This document shows positions 40,223-48,328 of a DNA stretch of 64,000 nucleotides, one piece after another. The stretch is from an uncultured bacterium. Its GTDB lineage: Bacteria > Bacillota > Clostridia > Christensenellales > UBA1242. Both the position numbers and the translations under genes were made by a program. The DNA is taken from contig CASXBC010000002.1 in the NCBI GenBank assembly GCA_949474265.1, positions 48,926 to 112,925 on the forward strand. Direction: 5' to 3'. Under the pieces are notes generated by a model, which saw only the letters and a program-made list of their open reading frames with translations, was not told the origin of the DNA and searched no databases. Each line of letters starts with the position of its first letter. Within the stretch, counting starts at the first letter, position 1.

Positions 40223-40705
40223 ATGTTGATTTTAGATGAAGATTGCGTAGTGAGAAGAGTTAAAGCGAAATCGCAAGTTATTAAACCTATATATGCTATG
40301 CTTGTCAGAACAGACCAAATTTTTGACAATAAGGAAGAGTATAGCAAGGCTTATATTTCAGATACTTGGACTGGCTTAAAATACGAGGAAATATATTTTG
40401 TTACAAACAAAGGGAAACTGACAAGGAGAATATCGAAAGCAAGACAATTTAAAAGTTTGTTTGGTTATATATGGTGGTGTTATTGGCATAGTCTAATGGA
40501 CATCCCAGCTCCACATAAGCTTATAAACATTGCTCCATACCTTGAAGCTTTAAAATACAAAAGAACAAAGTGGAGAGAATTTGAAGAATGGTTGTCATTT
40601 CAACCTTGGGAAAATGGTTGTGTTTCAAAAGACAAATTGCTGGCAAAAGTAAGAAAGTTAGATGAGACAATCGTTGTGCCTTACAATGAGTTTGAAGATA
40701 CATAA
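40223..40705 (+). CDS. Hypothetical protein
   Basis: 160 aa, Trp-rich, no recognised motif. RBS GAAAGGAAGG. Confidence 0.55.
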   Translation: MLILDEDCVVRRVKAKSQVIKPIYAMLVRTDQIFDNKEEYSKAYISDTWTGLKYEEIYFVTNKGKLTRRISKARQFKSLFGYIWWCYWHSLMDIPAPHKLINIAPYLEALKYKRTKWREFEEWLSFQPWENGCVSKDKLLAKVRKLDETIVVPYNEFEDT

Positions 40706-40716
40706 AAGGAGAAGAT

Positions 40717-40935
40717 ATGGTTGTAGAAAACACAAAGGAAATGATTGAAGAAATCATGGAATACTACGCACTTGATAGGCTCAGATTTGCCAAAAAATAC
40801 GGGCTACAAGCCTCTCAAGTAACAAGGTGGCTCAATGACGAGCAAGAGCCAAAAACAAAGACATATTTGCTTATTAAAGAGGAATACGACAAGATAAAGG
40901 GCAAAGTTCCACCACAAATGAAAATGATAATTTGA
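40717..40935 (+). CDS. Small HTH-like protein
   Basis: 72 aa. FAKKYGLQASQVTRWLNDEQEP resembles an HTH. RBS AAAGGAGAAG. Confidence 0.5.
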   Translation: MVVENTKEMIEEIMEYYALDRLRFAKKYGLQASQVTRWLNDEQEPKTKTYLLIKEEYDKIKGKVPPQMKMII

Positions 40936-41396
40936 TAAGTCGTCCAGAGTGAAAGCCTCTGTTTATATATGAACAGCTTGAATATGTAATTTATTATCGA
41001 GACACAAGGTGCCTTGCGTTTTTTATTGTCATAATTAACATAGAAATACATTTCAAACTACATGGAAAAAATTTACAATTAGTAAAGAAAAAGAAGCAAA
41101 AAGAAAATACTACTCTAAATTATAAACTTTTTAAAAATATTTTTTGAGAAAAAATATTTAATAATTATAATACGCGTGCGTAGATGCCAAATAATAGGTG
41201 TTATTATATATAATAATACAAGCTGTAGCACTACGAACAGTTTTTGTATCGAAACAAAGTAAGAAAGCGACCATGAAGGTCGCTGGCTTGTGAAAAAGAA
41301 AAAAGATAAGCATATTTACTTATCTTTTTATTATTACACCAAACGAGCTGTGCCAAAATATAAATAAATTGTTTTGAGTTCGTATAGTGGTTAATG

Positions 41397-41417
41397 TGGT
41401 GGCTCGCCCGGGATTCG
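41397..41417. repeat. attR: 21-bp direct repeat, part of the intact tRNA-Lys
   Basis: Identical to 28302-28322. Confidence 0.85.
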
Positions 41418-41472
41418 AACCCGGGACCCCTTGATTAAAAGTCAAGTGCTCTACCGGCTGAGCTAGCGAACC
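41397..41472 (-). tRNA. tRNA-Lys (anticodon UUU)
   Basis: Minus strand GGTTCGCTAGCTCAGCCGGTAGAGC..CTTTTAA loop..GGTTCGAATCC..GCGAGCCACCA. Cloverleaf folds by hand; CCA is encoded. Confidence 0.92.
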
Positions 41473-41475
41473 ATA

Positions 41476-41550
41476 TGGCAGGGGTGGCAGGATTTGAACC
41501 TACGGATGCAAGAGTCAAAGTCTTGTGCCTTACCACTTGGCGACACCCCT
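41476..41550 (-). tRNA. tRNA-Gln (anticodon UUG)
   Basis: Anticodon loop CTTTGAC. T-arm GTAGGTTCAAATCCTGC. CCA encoded. Confidence 0.88.
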
Positions 41551-41580
41551 TCATTGATGGTGGTGTACTCCTTCCCCTAT

Positions 41581-41656
41581 TGGCTGGGGTGGTAGGATTC
41601 GAACCTACGCAATGTTGGAGTCAGAGTCCAATGCCTTACCGCTTGGCGACACCCCA
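41581..41656 (-). tRNA. tRNA-Gln (anticodon CUG)
   Basis: Anticodon loop CTCTGAC. T-arm GTAGGTTCGAATCCTAC. U1-A72 acceptor pair. CCA encoded. Confidence 0.88.
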
Positions 41657-41686
41657 TCGTCCACCATAAAATTGGTGGGATTAATG

Positions 41687-41763
41687 TGGGGTGATTTAAG
41701 GGGGTCGAACCCTTGACCTCCAGAGCCACAATCTGGCGCTCTACCAACTGAGCTAAAACCACC
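41687..41763 (-). tRNA. tRNA-His (anticodon GUG)
   Basis: Extra 5' G(-1). Anticodon loop TTGTGGC. T-arm AAGGGTTCGACCCCCTT. CCA encoded. Confidence 0.9.
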
Positions 41764-41929
41764 ACATCGTCGTAACCTACGCTGCTTATTTTTGTGCAAG
41801 CACAAAAAGTTGCCCTTTAACGCTTGGTCACTCCTCTTCCCCAGAAATGTAAGCATTTCCGTGGACCCCAATGCACCTTCAACCTATAGATAGGTTTTTG
41901 ATTTGTTTGTGCATCAGGAAAAAGGTTGC

Positions 41930-42006
41930 TGGTGCTCCCAAAAGGATTCGAACCTTTGACCTTTGCCTTAGAAGGGCACTGCTCTATCCAGCTGAGCTAT
42001 GGAAGC
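41930..42006 (-). tRNA. tRNA-Arg (anticodon UCU)
   Basis: GCTTCCATAGCTCAGCTGGATAGAGC. Anticodon loop CTTCTAA. GGTTCGAATCC. CCA encoded. Confidence 0.9.
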
Positions 42007-42009
42007 AAA

Positions 42010-42083
42010 TGGAGCAGGTGAAGGGAATCGGACCCTCGCAACCAGCTTGGAAGGCTAGTGTTCTACCACTGAACTACACCTGC
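42010..42083 (-). tRNA. tRNA-Gly (anticodon UCC)
   Basis: GCAGGTGTAGTTCAGTGGTAGAAC. Anticodon loop CTTCCAA. GGTCCGATTCCC. CCA encoded. Confidence 0.9.
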
Positions 42084-42160
42084 AAATGCTCTAGTAGTTT
42101 ACCATGCACGGCGAAAATTGTCAAGAAAAAATCAAAAAATTATAAGATTCAATTTAAATT

Positions 42161-42373
42161 TTAATAATTGAAGCCGAATATTTCGTTGGGAGATATATCA
42201 AGAAGTTTGCAAATATCAATGATTTGTTGGTAGTTCAGTTCAAAAACACCATTTTCAAATCGGCTGTATTGTTGTTGAGTCATGTGAAAAATTTCAGCAA
42301 CTTGCTTTTGAGTAAGTGCTTTTATTTTTCTCGCTTCTTTGATATTGTTACCAATTTGTTTTGCAAGTTCCAT
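42161..42373 (-). CDS. XRE-family HTH regulator
   Basis: 70 aa from MELAKQIGNNIKEARKIKALTQKQVAEIFHMTQQQYSRFENG. The track ORF extends upstream through the divergent promoter. Confidence 0.8.
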   Translation of the reverse strand: MELAKQIGNNIKEARKIKALTQKQVAEIFHMTQQQYSRFENGVFELNYQQIIDICKLLDISPNEIFGFNY

Positions 42374-42407
42374 ATTTAATTGTTTACCACAAACTGATGT
42401 AAAATAC

Positions 42408-42436
42408 TTGACATACATCACTATATGATGTATTAT
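42408..42436 (+). promoter_or_regulatory. Promoter TTGACA-17-TATTAT with palindrome ACATCA-N5-TGATGT in the spacer
   Basis: Read directly. The palindrome is a candidate operator for the divergent XRE protein. Confidence 0.55.
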
Positions 42437-42461
42437 ATTTTTATAAATGGGAGATTGTGTA

Positions 42462-43073
42462 ATGGAAAAAGAACAAGATGTTTCAAAGAAAAAAAATAAT
42501 GGAATTGTTACAGTGATAACTATATTTATATTTTTTGCAATAATAGGAGCTATTTGTGGCATCTTTACTAATTCTTCTGAAGATGGGCAAAAACCTGTTA
42601 ATACACCTACGGATGAAGAACAAATAAATTATACATATTGTAATATTGGTGAAGAATTTTTATATGATGATTTAAAAATTACTATCAATAAATTTTCTAG
42701 AACAGGTGAAATATATTCAGGAGGGCATTATATTTATCCAGGTGCTTATAATACATGGTATGTTTTAGATGCAAAAATCAACAATACGAGCAATCAAAGA
42801 AAACAATTGAGTGGTTTATTTGGCAGTATTACGTATTTCACTTCTTTGATAATTGTAAGTGAGAATGGAGATGAAACAAGATATAATTCTACATATTATA
42901 CAAATAGTGATTTTATAGGTAATTATGAAGAGATTCTTGCTCATGGAACAATTGCAGGAATGTATTTATATAGAGTCCCAGGTGCAGCATATTCAGAGAC
43001 GAGTAAATTATATTGGGAATTTGGTATAAATAAAAAAACTTGTAAAGATTATGTTAGAGTGATTTTAAATTAA
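42462..43073 (+). CDS. Membrane-anchored DUF4352-like extracytoplasmic protein
   Basis: About 203 aa from MEKEQDVSKKK. TM IVTVITIFIFFAIIGAICGIF. Beta-rich ectodomain (LKITINKFSRT...WYVLDAKINNTS). Confidence 0.6.
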   Translation: MEKEQDVSKKKNNGIVTVITIFIFFAIIGAICGIFTNSSEDGQKPVNTPTDEEQINYTYCNIGEEFLYDDLKITINKFSRTGEIYSGGHYIYPGAYNTWYVLDAKINNTSNQRKQLSGLFGSITYFTSLIIVSENGDETRYNSTYYTNSDFIGNYEEILAHGTIAGMYLYRVPGAAYSETSKLYWEFGINKKTCKDYVRVILN

Positions 43074-43086
43074 AAAAGGAAAAAAT

Positions 43087-43650
43087 ATGAAGAAGTTAAA
43101 AAAAATCAAAAAAGCACTTTTAATAACTATCTTAACTATGATTGTCACTTTAATTGTTTTGGTTTCTACAGATTTAAAATATAAATATATGCCATTTGCT
43201 GATTGGATAAGTATTTATATTTCAATAGCAGCATTATTAGTATCAATTTTTACTATCTTTCTTAATGATGCAAATAAAGAAATAAATAACTATAAAAATT
43301 TTGTTATTGATACATTGATAAGAAAAAGAAATTTAATTATAAAAGAATTACAAGATTCTATTAATGCCATGAAACAAGAAATATCTATAAATGAGTTTCC
43401 TATTGTGGATGAGTTGTTAAATGCACAAATCTTTTCTAATATCTTTACTGAATTTTACAATGAAATTAACACTATATTTTGTAATTATGGTAATAACCTT
43501 TTAGGAAAAAGTGATTCAAGTTTGATAAAGGATAAAATATATAAAAGCATTGGAGAGTTAGTTCAATTAAGAGTGGACTTTGAAGCCGAGATTGATAAAC
43601 TTATAACGCAGCTATATATAGGAGAAATAGATATTAAAGATGTCAAATAA
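43087..43650 (+). CDS. 2-TM protein with helical cytoplasmic tail, unknown
   Basis: 187 aa. TMs LLITILTMIVTLIVLV and ISIYISIAALLVSIFTIFL. Confidence 0.6.
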   Translation: MKKLKKIKKALLITILTMIVTLIVLVSTDLKYKYMPFADWISIYISIAALLVSIFTIFLNDANKEINNYKNFVIDTLIRKRNLIIKELQDSINAMKQEISINEFPIVDELLNAQIFSNIFTEFYNEINTIFCNYGNNLLGKSDSSLIKDKIYKSIGELVQLRVDFEAEIDKLITQLYIGEIDIKDVK

Positions 43651-43756
43651 GTCAAACACGCAAGTAAAATTGCGTGTTTTTTCTTTTAAATATGTAATAT
43701 TGTTTTTATTTTTGTTAAATGTTTTGTATAATAATTTTAATTGGTAGGAGGATTTA

Positions 43757-45118
43757 ATGAAAACAAATTTATGGGAAAACTATGCAGGCGAGAAGAGAAA
43801 AGATGTTGAAGCTTTTTGTGGAGATTATAAAGAATTTTTAAGCAAAAATAAGACAGAAAGAGAATGCGTAAAGTTTGCTGTTTCAGAGGCAGAGAAAAAT
43901 GGTTTTAAAAATCTCAAAGTTTTGATGGAAAGTGGGAAGAAGCTAAAGGCTGGAGACAAAGTTTATGCTGTCAACATGGACAAAAATGTTATGCTTTGTG
44001 TGATTGGAAAAGAGCCCATTGAAAAAGGTATTAACATTGTTGGAGCACACATTGACTCTCCAAGACTTGATTTAAAGGCAAAACCTCTTTATGAAAGCCA
44101 AGGTTTTTGTATGATTGACACTCATTATTATGGTGGAATCAAAAAATATCAATGGCTTGCACAGCCACTTGCACTTCATGGAGTTGTTTTCAGAAAAGAT
44201 GGCTCTGAAGAGACAATAGTCTGTGGTGAAGGAGATGACCCTGTTTTTGCTGTTTCTGATTTGCTTCCTCATCTTGACAGAAAACCAGACCCAAAGGATA
44301 TTAAAGGTGAAGATTTAAATCTGTTGGGAGGAAATATTGGTGATGCAAAAGCAGAGAAAGACAGATTTAAAGCATCTATTTTAAGTATTTTGAAAACAAA
44401 AAACATCACAGAAGAGGACTTCTTCTCAGCAGAAATTGAAGTTGTACCTGCTGGAAAAGCAAGAGATTGCGGACTTGACAGAAGTATGATTATTGGCTAT
44501 GGACATGATGACAGAGTTTGTGCTTACACAGGGCTTAGAGCTCTTCTTGAAACAAAGAAACCAGAATATACTATTGTCAATCTTCTTGTAGACAAAGAAG
44601 AGATTGGAAGTGTTGGTGCAACAGGAATGGAAAGTAAGTTTTTTGAAAACACAATGGCAGAGATTATGAACTTGTGTGGGGAGTACAACGAACTTGCTCT
44701 TCGTCGTGCCCTTACAAATTCAAACACTCTTTCAAGCGATGTGACTGCTGCCGTTGACCCAACTTACACGACGGCTTATAATATTGACACAGATGCTCAT
44801 TTTGCAAGAGGTATTTCATTTAATAAGTTTACGGGTGCAAGAGGTAAGTCTGGGGCAAATGATGCAAACCCTGAGTTCATAGCAAAACTTAGAAGATGTC
44901 TTGATGATGCGAAGGTGACTTATCAGGCAACTGAAATGGGGAAAGTTGACCAAGGTGGTGGCGGAACAATTGCTTACATTATGGCAAAGTATGGCATGAA
45001 TGTTATTGATGCTGGTGTTCCCGTGCTTAATATGCACGCTCCTTGGGAGATTGTCAGCAAAGTTGATGTTTACGAAACTTACAGAGCATACAAAGCTTTC
45101 TATGAGATGAAAGCCTAA
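43757..45118 (+). CDS. M18-family aminopeptidase
   Basis: 453 aa. VGAHIDSPRLDLKAKPL, GYGHDDRVC, VDKEEIGS, MHAPWE. Confidence 0.85.
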   Translation: MKTNLWENYAGEKRKDVEAFCGDYKEFLSKNKTERECVKFAVSEAEKNGFKNLKVLMESGKKLKAGDKVYAVNMDKNVMLCVIGKEPIEKGINIVGAHIDSPRLDLKAKPLYESQGFCMIDTHYYGGIKKYQWLAQPLALHGVVFRKDGSEETIVCGEGDDPVFAVSDLLPHLDRKPDPKDIKGEDLNLLGGNIGDAKAEKDRFKASILSILKTKNITEEDFFSAEIEVVPAGKARDCGLDRSMIIGYGHDDRVCAYTGLRALLETKKPEYTIVNLLVDKEEIGSVGATGMESKFFENTMAEIMNLCGEYNELALRRALTNSNTLSSDVTAAVDPTYTTAYNIDTDAHFARGISFNKFTGARGKSGANDANPEFIAKLRRCLDDAKVTYQATEMGKVDQGGGGTIAYIMAKYGMNVIDAGVPVLNMHAPWEIVSKVDVYETYRAYKAFYEMKA

Positions 45119-45130
45119 AACGGTAAAAAG

Positions 45131-45157
45131 AAAAGAAGAGACATCTCTTCTTTTTTC
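45131..45157. terminator. Bidirectional terminator
   Basis: AAGAAGAG-N4-CTCTTCTT flanked by A- and T-runs. Confidence 0.8.
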
Positions 45158-45158
45158 T

Positions 45159-45586
45159 TTATAATAATGTAAATGCCCAACCGATTATTGGTCCAACGAA
45201 TATTGCAATGTAGATAAGTGTTATCCATGGTTGATAGTCAACATAAAACTCTTTGAAAGTGAGTCTCCATGGATGTTTGATAAGCACCCAGCCGATAAGG
45301 TCAAACACAATGCAGATTGACACCCAAATGGCACCTGTGATGAGGGCTCCTTGCCATGTCGGATTTGCAAGCCCATGTAGAGCCAACCAAAAAGTGAAAA
45401 GAGCAAGATGTTGTAAAGAGGGTGCCAAGGCTTTGTTTTTTCATAGCCTTCTCCCATGCCTGGACCATCTTTCATAGATTTCATGTGCAGTACTGTGATG
45501 TTGAATATTGTGTGTATCATGCCAATGAGAGTTACCACAATGTAACACACCCAAAACCAAAGCATTGACATTCCGAAATTTTGCAT
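45159..45586 (-). pseudogene. Small polytopic membrane protein gene split over two frames (frameshift)
   Basis: ORF 45221-45586 has a strong RBS (AAGGAG) and a hydrophobic N-terminal half. ORF 45159-45428 has a hydrophobic C-terminal half ending just before the terminator. The two frames overlap at 45365-45428 around a T5 run. Confidence 0.6.
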
Positions 45587-45760
45587 AATGACTCCTTTTT
45601 ATGTGTAAATTATAAAGCGAAACAAAAATTATGTCAAATTTTGAGTTGTGAAAATACATAATTTAGAATATTTTATAAAGGGTGTATTTTATAAAAGCCT
45701 AAAATTTTTATGCTTTAAAGGTTGAGAAAAAGATTGTGTTATGTTAAAATAAATTTATAT

Positions 45761-45842
45761 GCTGATGTGGTGGAATGGCAGACACGCTGGATTTAGGTTC
45801 CAGTCCGAGAGGGTGCAGGTTCAACTCCTGTCATCAGCACCA
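45761..45842 (+). tRNA. tRNA-Leu (anticodon UAG)
   Basis: GCTGATGTGGTGGAATGGCAGACAC. Anticodon loop TTTAGGT. Long variable arm. GGTTCAACTCC. CATCAGCACCA. Confidence 0.9.
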
Positions 45843-45880
45843 AATATGCTTTACAAAAAGTCTTATTGAGGAGAGGTTAA

Positions 45881-46273
45881 ATGGAAAATATAAATCAATG
45901 GAAACCTGATTGTGTTTGTCCTGTTTGTGGGCAATACAAGTTTTATGGAATAGGAGACATTTGCAATGTTTGTTTTTGGGAAAATGATGATGTGCAATAT
46001 GAAAATCCTGACTTAGACAGAGACAGAAGCGGTGGTCCAAACAGAAGCTCCTTAAATGAATATAAAAAATGGTGGGATAAATTGGAAAGAATAATGCCAT
46101 ATTTGATTAAAAAATATGAAGTATCTTATTTCAAGAATAATCAATGGAAATATGAAAAGTTAAAAGTTCGTAGGAAATACAGAAAAGAATTTGTAGAAGA
46201 ACTATTAAATAACGATATCAATCTTGAACATAGTTGGTATTGTATAAACATACTGACAGAAGGAGAATGTTAG
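45881..46273 (+). CDS. Cysteine-rich CPCC-domain protein
   Basis: CVCPVCGQYKF...ICNVCFWENDDVQ pattern at the N-terminus. Confidence 0.7.
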   Translation: MENINQWKPDCVCPVCGQYKFYGIGDICNVCFWENDDVQYENPDLDRDRSGGPNRSSLNEYKKWWDKLERIMPYLIKKYEVSYFKNNQWKYEKLKVRRKYRKEFVEELLNNDINLEHSWYCINILTEGEC

Positions 46274-46417
46274 TATTTCGCGAAATCAAATTTGATTTAT
46301 TTTTGATTTTTGTGAGAAATTATAAATAATCAAAAGTGTCGCATAATCAAAAAGAAGAAATCGAAAAAAGACTTCTTGTAATGTTGACACAAAGATTCTT
46401 TTGAGGGGAATATTGAA

Positions 46418-46828
46418 ATGGAAAATGCTTGGGATAAACTTATTAATGCTGCAGAGTCAGCTGTTCAAGGAGAACGCATAATTTCTCCATTTATGAAAGG
46501 CGGATATGTTTCAACTGCACTACAAACAGACAAAGGAAACATTTACACCGCAGTCAACTTTGAGGCTAAATGTGGGCTTACGCAATGTTCTGAAAGATAC
46601 GCACTTTACAAAGTTTTTGAAGCAAACAAAGATGAAAAAGTTGTTCGCTGTGTTTGTTTTTACAGAAATAAAGTTAGTTTGCCTTGTGGAGCTTGCCGAG
46701 AGTTTTTTATGCAATATGGAAACGGAATTGAAGATATGGAAATTTTGCTTGACTTAAATACCAAAAAGTCTGTCAAGCTTAAAGATACCATGGACCCATG
46801 GTGGGGAGTTAAGAAAATAAAAGCTTAA
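46418..46828 (+). CDS. Cytidine/deoxycytidylate deaminase-fold protein (cdd-like)
   Basis: 136 aa. Zinc motifs CSERYAL (C-x-E) and PCGACREF. Confidence 0.7.
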   Translation: MENAWDKLINAAESAVQGERIISPFMKGGYVSTALQTDKGNIYTAVNFEAKCGLTQCSERYALYKVFEANKDEKVVRCVCFYRNKVSLPCGACREFFMQYGNGIEDMEILLDLNTKKSVKLKDTMDPWWGVKKIKA

Positions 46829-46862
46829 ATTTTTGTTTGTATTTTGAGGGGATGAGGTTGTT

Positions 46863-48053
46863 ATGGAAAATACTGAAGCAAAAAATGTAATAAAAAAGAA
46901 CAATTGGTTTTTAGCTTTTTTTAATGACAAAAGCAAAACCAATCTTAAATGGTGGAACAGAAATTATTTTTATGCTGGAACAATTTTGATTGTTATTATC
47001 AATATTTTGATTTTTGCATTTGTTAAAAAAGAGCCTTGGGAAATTCTTGGTTATAAAGAAGGTGAAGGGGCGTGGACTAGTATTTTTTATTTAAAACCAA
47101 CGCTTAGCATGTTTTTAAGTAGTTTTTTTCATTCTAATTGGCAACATGTTTTGTTTAATATGTTATGTTTTTTTGTGGCAGGGATTTATTTAGAAAGAAA
47201 AATGGGGACATTTGGCTTGCTGGGCTTTGTTTTGTTTGCCTCTTATATTTCTGCTTTAGCAATAGGTGCAAATGCTTTGAATATTTATTCTGTGGGATAT
47301 TCAGGAGTAAACTATTTTATTTATTCAACTATAATTATTGATTATATTTTATCCTTTCAAAAGCAAAGAAGAAATAAAACAAATATAATTCTCGGAGCAA
47401 TATTAGTGTGCTTAATCTATTTGGCAATGTGTTTTAAGGGTGGCACATCAAAGATTTCTTTTTCGTTTGCTCCTTATGATTTGATTCACAATATGGGGCA
47501 TTATACAAGTTTTGTTGCAGGATTAATTGTCGGATTATTTGGTGAAACTATTAAATTTTCCCTGAAAAAATATGTTTTAAAAGAAAAATCATCAGAGGAG
47601 ATTTCTTCTACAAAAGAAAGTCGCAAGAAAAAACAAAAGCAAACTACAAAAACAGATAAGAAGAAACGTCAAAAGAAGGTAAACAATGAAAATTCTTTGA
47701 AAGAAGAAGCAAAGGCTGAGATTGAAGTAAAAGAAGAGAAAGTCCAAGTTAAGAAGGGTAAAAAGGTTAAGACTGAGAAAAAGAAGGCTCTGAAAGCTGA
47801 AAAGAAAGTTAAAGAAAAAGATGTTGCATTTGAAGAGCCAACCGTTCAGACTGTGCCTGAGGTTAAGATAGAAGAGGAAAAAGTGCAAGTTTCACTTCCA
47901 GAAAAGAAACTGACTGCACTTCCAGAAGATATGAAAAATGTGCCAGCAAGAAAACCTTATAGAAAGAAGAAAAAAGCAACAACAGAGACTCGTCCACTTG
48001 TAATAAAACCTGTTGTTGCAAAGCAACCAGCAAAAAAGAGTATCAAGAAATAA
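46863..48053 (+). CDS. Rhomboid-family intramembrane serine protease with Lys/Glu-rich C-terminal tail
   Basis: HSNWQHVLFNMLCFFVAG, GYSGVNY (GxSG), a later His. About 160-aa KE-rich tail with a repeated EEKVQV. Confidence 0.8.
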   Translation: MENTEAKNVIKKNNWFLAFFNDKSKTNLKWWNRNYFYAGTILIVIINILIFAFVKKEPWEILGYKEGEGAWTSIFYLKPTLSMFLSSFFHSNWQHVLFNMLCFFVAGIYLERKMGTFGLLGFVLFASYISALAIGANALNIYSVGYSGVNYFIYSTIIIDYILSFQKQRRNKTNIILGAILVCLIYLAMCFKGGTSKISFSFAPYDLIHNMGHYTSFVAGLIVGLFGETIKFSLKKYVLKEKSSEEISSTKESRKKKQKQTTKTDKKKRQKKVNNENSLKEEAKAEIEVKEEKVQVKKGKKVKTEKKKALKAEKKVKEKDVAFEEPTVQTVPEVKIEEEKVQVSLPEKKLTALPEDMKNVPARKPYRKKKKATTETRPLVIKPVVAKQPAKKSIKK

Positions 48054-48145
48054 ACTTTTAATAAAAACGGTTTGCATTTATGGCAAAAGTGGGTTTTTGC
48101 TGAGAAATTTTATTCAAAAAAAGATTTTAAATAGTTTGATGATAA

Positions 48146-48180
48146 ATAAACCGAGTTATACAACAACTCGGTTTATTGTT
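48146..48180 (+). terminator. Hairpin AAACCGAGTT-N7-AACTCGGTTT followed by a T-rich tract
   Basis: Read directly. Confidence 0.6.
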
Positions 48181-48328
48181 GTTGATTCGACACGCTATTG
48201 ATAATTTTGTCAATTTTTGGCGAAACTAGTCTTATATTATTACATGTTTTGTACAAAATTAATTGATTATGTTGTAGATTATTGTTATAATGCTAGTGAT
48301 ATATTATTTAAAATGGTAGGTTGAGATT

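Larger units (their letters stand above)
28302..41417. mobile_element. 13.1-kb integrated element (prophage-like or integrative element of unclear class) in tRNA-Lys(UUU)
   Basis: Perfect 21-bp direct repeats. Serine integrase plus ImmA plus XRE at the left end, and a divergent early promoter. No recognisable tailed-phage or conjugation genes. Confidence 0.8.

Noticed and set aside
28302-41417. Island 2 as an ordinary tailed prophage or PICI-type satellite
   Set aside because: I recognise no terminase, portal, major capsid, tape-measure, tail or endolysin-like sequence. At 13 kb with mostly membrane proteins it does not fit. This rests on by-eye inspection only, so it is kept as an open question in the findings.
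41475-42164. ORFs 41475-41669, 41577-41765, 41605-41871 and 41871-42164
   Set aside because: They overlap six hand-folded tRNA genes, so the open frames are incidental.
46275-46296. Perfect AT-rich palindromes ATTTCGCGAAAT and AAATCAAATTTGATTT after the CPCC gene
   Set aside because: Most likely a weak terminator or a chance palindrome in AT-rich intergenic DNA, with no supporting context.
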